Made by a program: the position numbers and the translations under genes
Shown: piece by piece, positions 58,958-64,000 of the stretch
How the letters are laid out: each line of letters starts with the position of its first letter
How positions within the stretch are numbered: the first letter of the stretch is position 1
The notes under the pieces: generated by a model
Told to the model about the DNA's origin: nothing
Seen by the model: the letters and a program-made list of their open reading frames with translations, nothing else
Databases searched by the model: none
Assembly (NCBI RefSeq): GCF_964188315.1
Contig: NC_135665.1
Coordinates: 66,836,001-66,900,000, forward strand
Reading direction: 5' to 3'
From: Podarcis muralis
Lineage: Eukaryota
DNA: 64,000 nt

Positions 58958-59082
58958 AGACTTTTAATGAGGGGAGATCTGGGATTTACAGAAATGATCC
59001 AGTGGAAGTTACTAGTTAAATGCAAAGGTTGGTTTTCAAACAGTGGCTCCAGTTGCTAGGCGGCGCTTTTGTGTTCCTAAAG

Positions 59083-59215
59083 CAGCCTTCCTCAAGCTTG
59101 TGTCCCCAGATGTTGCACTATAACTCCCAGCGTCCCTGACCACTGGTTCTGCTAAAGAGTGATTATGGCAGTTGTGGTTCAACAACATCTGGGGACACAA
59201 GTTTGAGAATGGCTG
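59083..59215. mobile_element. hAT-type palindromic MITE
   Basis: TIRs CAGCCTTCCTCAA / TTGAGAATGGCTG; flanks tcctaaag / tcttaaat. Confidence 0.75.
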
Positions 59216-59601
59216 TCTTAAATTGCAAGAGCACGCCAGCATAAGGTTTTCTCCCTCCCCAACTTAGCCACCTAGTCCTAGTAAGTCACCTGCTCCTGGC
59301 TCCGCTGGTGCAACTGCAGGCCAGATATGTCACCAAGCGCCATCACTCGGCTGCAAGCAGCACAAAGAGAATTCAGAGGAACCAAGGCATTTGCCAGACG
59401 GCTGCTGTCGTTTTTCTGTGTGCATGAAGGTAAGAGAGCTTCTCTTTTTTCAAGTTTCCAGTCCCACGAGAAAACTAGTAACCTGCATAGCAAAGTAGAT
59501 GAAAGCAGGGAGGTGGTCTCCTCTCCCCAACATCAAGGTGAGGTCGTAGGCAGGCTTCCAAGTGACAGGAGAAGGGGAGGAAGTGGTGTCTGTCCTTCTG
59601 C

Positions 59602-59886
59602 CTACACTGCCGTGCCCTCAGATGGGTGCCCCTGGAGTGGAGCTTCCGCCGCCCTCAGGGCATCCTCCCGGAAGCCCTTCAGCAGCTGATTCACCAGCGT
59701 CTTCTCGCTGTCGCGCTTTGGGCGCAGGAGGGGCGGGAACGGGTTCCCCTTGTACTCAATGACGGCCATCTCAGCACGGTCCAGGTTCTCCCGGTTGGGG
59801 ATCCGCAGCAGGCGTGTGTAGTTGCTGGAGTGTGCCTGGAAGCGAGGAGCCAGCACCTTGAAGAGCTTGTGCAGGAGGTCCTTCTC
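59602..59886 (-). CDS. MRPL17: MRPL17 exon 3
   Basis: cccag acceptor; TAG at 59602-59604. Confidence 0.95.
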   Translation of the reverse strand, partial: EKDLLHKLFKVLAPRFQAHSSNYTRLLRIPNRENLDRAEMAVIEYKGNPFPPLLRPKRDSEKTLVNQLLKGFREDALRAAEAPLQGHPSEGTAV

Positions 59887-60876
59887 CTGGGGTGGGGGAG
59901 GCAAAAGAGGGGGGCTCAGTGGGGGCAGAGTTGGCAGGAGACCCTCCCCCCCAGAAGGGATGCAGCCTCACCGTCAACCAGAAGTCGGCCATGCGCATTG
60001 CTTGGGGGTCCGTGTCCCCGCGCTTGGCATAGTTGATCAGCTGAAGGGAGGAGAGAGAGAGAGGAGAGGATGTCAAGGTCAGAACAGCCGACTAGATCCG
60101 GCCAAAGGGGGTTCATGTAGTGCAGCCTCCTGTTCTCACAGTGGCAAACCAGGTGCCCCCAATGGGAAACCTGCAAGCAGTATTCGATCGCAACAGCAAC
60201 GCTCCCCTCACGTGGTTTCCAGCAGCACCCGGTATTCACAAGCATTGCTGCCTCCAGCTGTGGAGGAACAGCAGAGCCATCCCGGCTAGGAGCTATCGGG
60301 GACTTTGTCCAGTCCTTTTAAAGCCATTCAGGCCATCACTGCCTCCTGTGGCAGGGAGTTCCAAGGTTGAACGATGTACACCTGCCCTGAATCTCCCAAC
60401 ATGCAGCTTCACTGGACGCCCACAAGTTGGACTGTTATGAGAAAGGGAGGGACGCTGCCCCTTCTTCATAGGCAAGTCCCTCCACCCCCTTGACCCTTTA
60501 GCCCTTTCCTAACTCGGCAATAACCGCGCCAGAGGTTTCATTTTGCTAACGGTCCCCAGGAAGGGCTTTGCTTTTTCACGGCCGCGCGCACGCGGAGGGC
60601 ATTTCACGGTCATTTCTCTGCTGCGCGCCCGCCCGCCGCCTGGACGCGTGTCTACGAGGCTCTCGCGTTCCGACGTGCCCCGCTCCCGCCCGCCCCTCTC
60701 ACGTGTTCGGCGTAGAAGCGCATCTCGTCGGCGCGCCCGCGAGGGGCCTCGATCCGCTCGTGGCGCACCAGGGCCGTGACGAGGTTCCGCAGCAGGTCGA
60801 GGCGCGAGCGGGGCCCCAGGCCGAGGCGCCGGTAGACGCGCCCATGCTTGATCCACGCCGACGCCGAGAGACGCAT
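59602..60876 (-). CDS. MRPL17: Mitochondrial large ribosomal subunit protein bL17m, 3 exons, 175 aa
   Basis: Exons 60703-60876, 59972-60040 and 59602-59886 (174+69+285 nt). [55 protein letters not shown]|EKDL and [22 protein letters not shown] match the recalled MRPL17. Confidence 0.97.
59972..60040 (-). CDS. MRPL17: MRPL17 exon 2 ([23 protein letters not shown])
   Basis: ttcag acceptor; gtgagg donor. Confidence 0.95.
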
Positions 60877-61120
60877 CGCGGAGCCACCGAGCGCGCCCAC
60901 GCCGGAAGCGCCCTCGGTCACGTGGCCCGCGGAGAGAGGGAGGCGGACCTCGCCCGCCTCGCTGTCATTGGCCGGTGTTCCCGGCGGCGGAAGTCCCGCC
61001 CCGTGACGTCAGGGCTCGAGGCCGCCGGTCCGGCAGGTTCGGCGAGGCGGGGCGGCGAGAGGAAGAGGCGGGGCGGCCTCCTGCTCGGCCTCGCTTTGAG
61101 GAGTCTGCTGGTCAAGGAGG
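60500..61120. promoter_or_regulatory. CpG island / MRPL17 promoter with ETS-GABP, CRE, E-box and CCAAT motifs
   Basis: CCGGAAG near 60902-60908, CACGTG at 60919-60924, ATTGG at 60967-60971, CGGAAGT at 60988-60994, TGACGTCA at 61004-61011. Confidence 0.8.
60703..60876 (-). CDS. MRPL17: MRPL17 exon 1
   Basis: GCGATGC start; CAC|gtgaga donor. Confidence 0.95.
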
Positions 61121-61234
61121 CGGGCAAAGGCATGAGAATCCCCGACCAGTTGCGGTGCAGGAACTCGGTTCTGAAGCCCCCGGTGCAATGCCTCTTCCAC
61201 TCCAGACCAAATCCTGGCTATGCCCATGCCAGAA

Positions 61235-61642
61235 AGCAGAGACATCGCCTTGCCAACAAAGGTCCGTCTAGTTCAAGCTCTGGTTTTCCCAGTACTGATG
61301 TATGGAAGTGAGAGCTGGACCATAAAGAAGGCTGATCGCCGGAGAATGGATGCTTTTGAGTTATGGTGCTGGAGGAGACTCTGGAGAGTCCCATGGACTG
61401 CAAGAAGATCAAACCGATCCATTCTGAAGGAAATCAGCCCTGAGTGCCCACTGGAAGGACAGATCGTGAAGCTGAGGCTCCAAGACTTTGGCCACCTCAT
61501 GAGAAGAGAAGACTCCCTGGAAAAGACCCTGATGCTGGGAAAGATGGGGGGCACAAGGAGAAGGGGGCGACAGAGGACGAGATGGTGGGACAGTGTTCTC
61601 GAAGCTACAAACATGAGTCTGACCAAACTGCAGGAGGCAGTG
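61235..61642 (+). mobile_element. BovB LINE 3' fragment, fused to a CR1 3' tail (about 61643-61688)
   Basis: Reads LPTKVRLVQALVFPVLMYGSESWTIKKADRRRMDAFELWCWRR...KTLMLGKMGG.RRRGRQR.RW.DSV.EATNMSL.KL.E. Confidence 0.9.
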
Positions 61643-62072
61643 GGGGTTGGACTAGGTGATCCCGGGGGTCCCTTCCAACTCTACAATTGATGCAGTGTTT
61701 CTGTGAATGTGTGAGAGAAGACTATAGACGTGTTGTAAGAAAAAAATAATCTCATTTCTGGGGTCCCGTATAGAGCCCCTTGGGAAGGTCTATATGGGTT
61801 TGAGAGAAGAAGCAGAGGCCAACCAGAATATATGGAAGCAAAGCTATATAGAATGTATAGACTTAAATTATCATCTTATTTCTTGTGTAAATAATAAACT
61901 TTATTGTTTTACCTGTACCCGGTTATTTGACTTATATACGTACTATGTAGATCACGGAAGGGCATCATGCAATGTGTGTGGGGGAAACACCATTTGACAG
62001 CTTTTATGAATGAGCCCTCATTCACTGAATGGAGTGGATTGACATTGTGAATTGGTGTTATTCATTATAGAT

Positions 62073-62088
62073 ACAGTAGATGGCGCTG
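62073..62088 (+). promoter_or_regulatory. CTCF motif
   Basis: acagtagatggcgctg versus the canonical CCAGTAGATGGCGCTG. Confidence 0.55.
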
Positions 62089-62375
62089 TGTAGCTGTCAG
62101 AGCTCTTTCGCTGCTGGGAAAGGATAAAGTAACTTTATACATAAGTATCATTTATTATACCTATTTTCATTCGGCTGAAGAGAATTTCTTATAACGGACA
62201 CACAGCTCCTGCAGGAAACACCGTCCTGGGGAATGAGGAGGTTCTGGAACGTTGCCTTGGTTGGAGAGTTCTAGGTTGGCTGTGCTCACAATAGGTTACC
62301 AAGGGCGCTGGGTAGAGGAAAGATGCAGCTGGAACCTGGGCAGTACAGAGGGATGGACGCCTGCTGGCACTGACC

Positions 62376-62897
62376 ATGGCTGGTGGGTACCAGCTTTGGG
62401 CACCCTGGTCTCCTCTTGATGAGTCCCTGCAATGGCTGAGGGGTGCCCGGTCTGTTGGCACCAAGCACCCCTTCCGAAGTGGGCAGAGCCCAGCAGCAGC
62501 TGACCTGGAAGTGCAGCTTTGCTTCCAGGGACTTAGCCTGGTGTTAGAGCCTGGTGCAAAGACGGGGGCAGGGCAGCCGCGACCTCCTGGAGCCGCAGGA
62601 GAGACAAGGGGGCGCTCCAGCAGTGTGCACAGGCCACAGGTCGTGCGCCTCTCAGGGCTTGACTCTGTCTTTGGACACCTCGTGACAGCACAGCCCCCAC
62701 GCTGGACTGGCTCTCTCAGGGTTTCTGAGCCCTCGGCCTTCAGTCAAGTCATAAGTCCCCGCCAGCGCTGGCCCCGTGGACTCCAGGAGCCACAAGTGCG
62801 CGTGGCTATGGCCATGTGCCGACAGATGCTGCGAGCCATCCTTCTTCTCTATGCTGTCTACAAGAAATGTGCTTTTGCCCTGCAGCATTCCCGCTGA
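62376..62897 (+). CDS. FANCD2OS: FANCD2 opposite strand protein-like, intronless ORF, 173 aa
   Basis: ACCATGG Kozak. MAGGYQLWAPWSPLDESLQWLR, KHPF, DLEVQLCFQ, RLSGLDSVFG..VTAQPP.WTG and MCRQMLRAILLLYAVYKKCAFALQHS follow the recalled human FANCD2OS end to end. AATAAA at 63246-63251. Ortholog versus paralog is not resolved. Confidence 0.88.
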   Translation: MAGGYQLWAPWSPLDESLQWLRGARSVGTKHPFRSGQSPAAADLEVQLCFQGLSLVLEPGAKTGAGQPRPPGAAGETRGRSSSVHRPQVVRLSGLDSVFGHLVTAQPPRWTGSLRVSEPSAFSQVISPRQRWPRGLQEPQVRVAMAMCRQMLRAILLLYAVYKKCAFALQHSR

Positions 62898-64000
62898 GAA
62901 ACTTTCCTGACTAAGAAGGGTCATGGCTACGTGGCGCCTTAGCAGATCCCTGTACATGTGCCCCAGCAGGCTGGCCTATTTCCTTACTCCCCAAAGAACC
63001 AGCAGCCTCTATTTCTCAGTCATGTTCCTCCCATTGAGAGACAAAACTTAGTTACCAGTGTCAGACTATAAGGTGTCAGTCCATGGAGGGACACACTTCT
63101 CAGTTTGCAGAGTCCACCATATGGCCTTTGATCCCCTACAAAGAAGAACGGACAAAGGGTTCTGTAGAAACTCTGAAGCTATCACCCTTGCAATATGAGT
63201 GGCTCTTCAATGGAAGGAGCAGGTCAGATACCAGAAGAGTATAAAAATAAATAGTTCGAGAGCAGTGGAACTTGGATCTAACTTGAATTTTCCCTCTTCC
63301 TCATTGATTTATGATATTCAGAGACATGTAGGTTAAATATAATTTGTACATCCTTAGGAGTAAAGGAGATTATTTCCCCCAAAGCTGCCAACCTCTTGTT
63401 TTCAACGTGCTAAATGGAGCCTGTAGGGAAAATATTTTAAAATGGAAGCGGAAACCTATTTGTGAAGCAGAGAGACTTTAAATTTTCAGCACTGGAGAAA
63501 CATTCTGCTCTACTGAATGAAAATGAAAAACAATTGTAAAATTAGTTCAAATATTCATTAGCCAACAAAGGATAATATGTGGAACTGAAGACCACACAGC
63601 CATGTTTGTGGATTGTCAGGTGGAGGAGTTTGTAGAGCATATATAGATAGATAGATATAACCTTTGGCTACGAAAACTCATCTGCCAACCTTCCTCAGCT
63701 AATCAAGTGCAGAAATATTTTGATGGTGAATTATCCCCTGTGTCATCTGCCAGTTTTGCCAACTCAGTCTTCCTCTAGATAATTTATGTATAACTAGAAG
63801 CACTAGACCGTCCCCCAGTCACCCCCACACAACACAGCAAGGATGGAATAACAAAAGCCCCACAAATGGAGGCCTAAGGTTGTGGCTCAGGTGGGCCTTG
63901 ATTGACCAGTGGCACTCACAAGCCCCTCCAATCAGTCAGAGAGAGGTGCTTGAGCCCTTTTGAAAGTTGGCAGGGGGGTACCACCTGGAGCTATTCCCCC

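Noticed and set aside
60877-60921. N-terminal extension of MRPL17 (MTEGASG...)
   Set aside because: The track starts at a GTG. The first ATG (60876) gives the conserved MRLS N-terminus.
63000-63800. Possible FANCD2 3' exons or L1 remnant on the minus strand
   Set aside because: No open frame or motif I can support; it looks like decayed repeat or UTR.

Overview
Vertebrate genomic DNA, GC-rich and gene-dense. The repeat content (Sauria SINE, BovB, CR1, L2, hAT and Tc1/mariner MITEs) points to a squamate reptile, probably a lacertid lizard; this is an inference. Splice-site reading gives six protein-coding loci: TPM2 3' end (+; alternative terminal exons 9c and 9d), a complete 7-exon APH1-family gamma-secretase subunit (+, 256 aa), a complete 12-exon CA9 (-, 402 aa), ARHGEF39 (+, 9 coding exons, 341 aa), MRPL17 (-, 3 exons, 175 aa) and an intronless FANCD2OS-like ORF (+, 173 aa). 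The main candidate novelty is the APH1 gene between TPM2 and CA9. The human TPM2-CA9 interval has no APH1 gene, while the sister blocks TPM1-APH1B-CA12 and TPM3/APH1A/CA14 do, so this may be a third vertebrate APH1 ohnolog lost in mammals. Other points of interest: a brain-type exon 9c in TPM2; a CA9 with no proteoglycan domain, no dimer cysteine, an extra stalk exon and a TATA/CpG-island promoter; and a FANCD2OS-like gene with no FANCD2 opposite it. All comparisons with human or chicken sequences are from memory, not from searches. Most long ORFs in the supplied track are GC-rich artefacts or transposon fragments.
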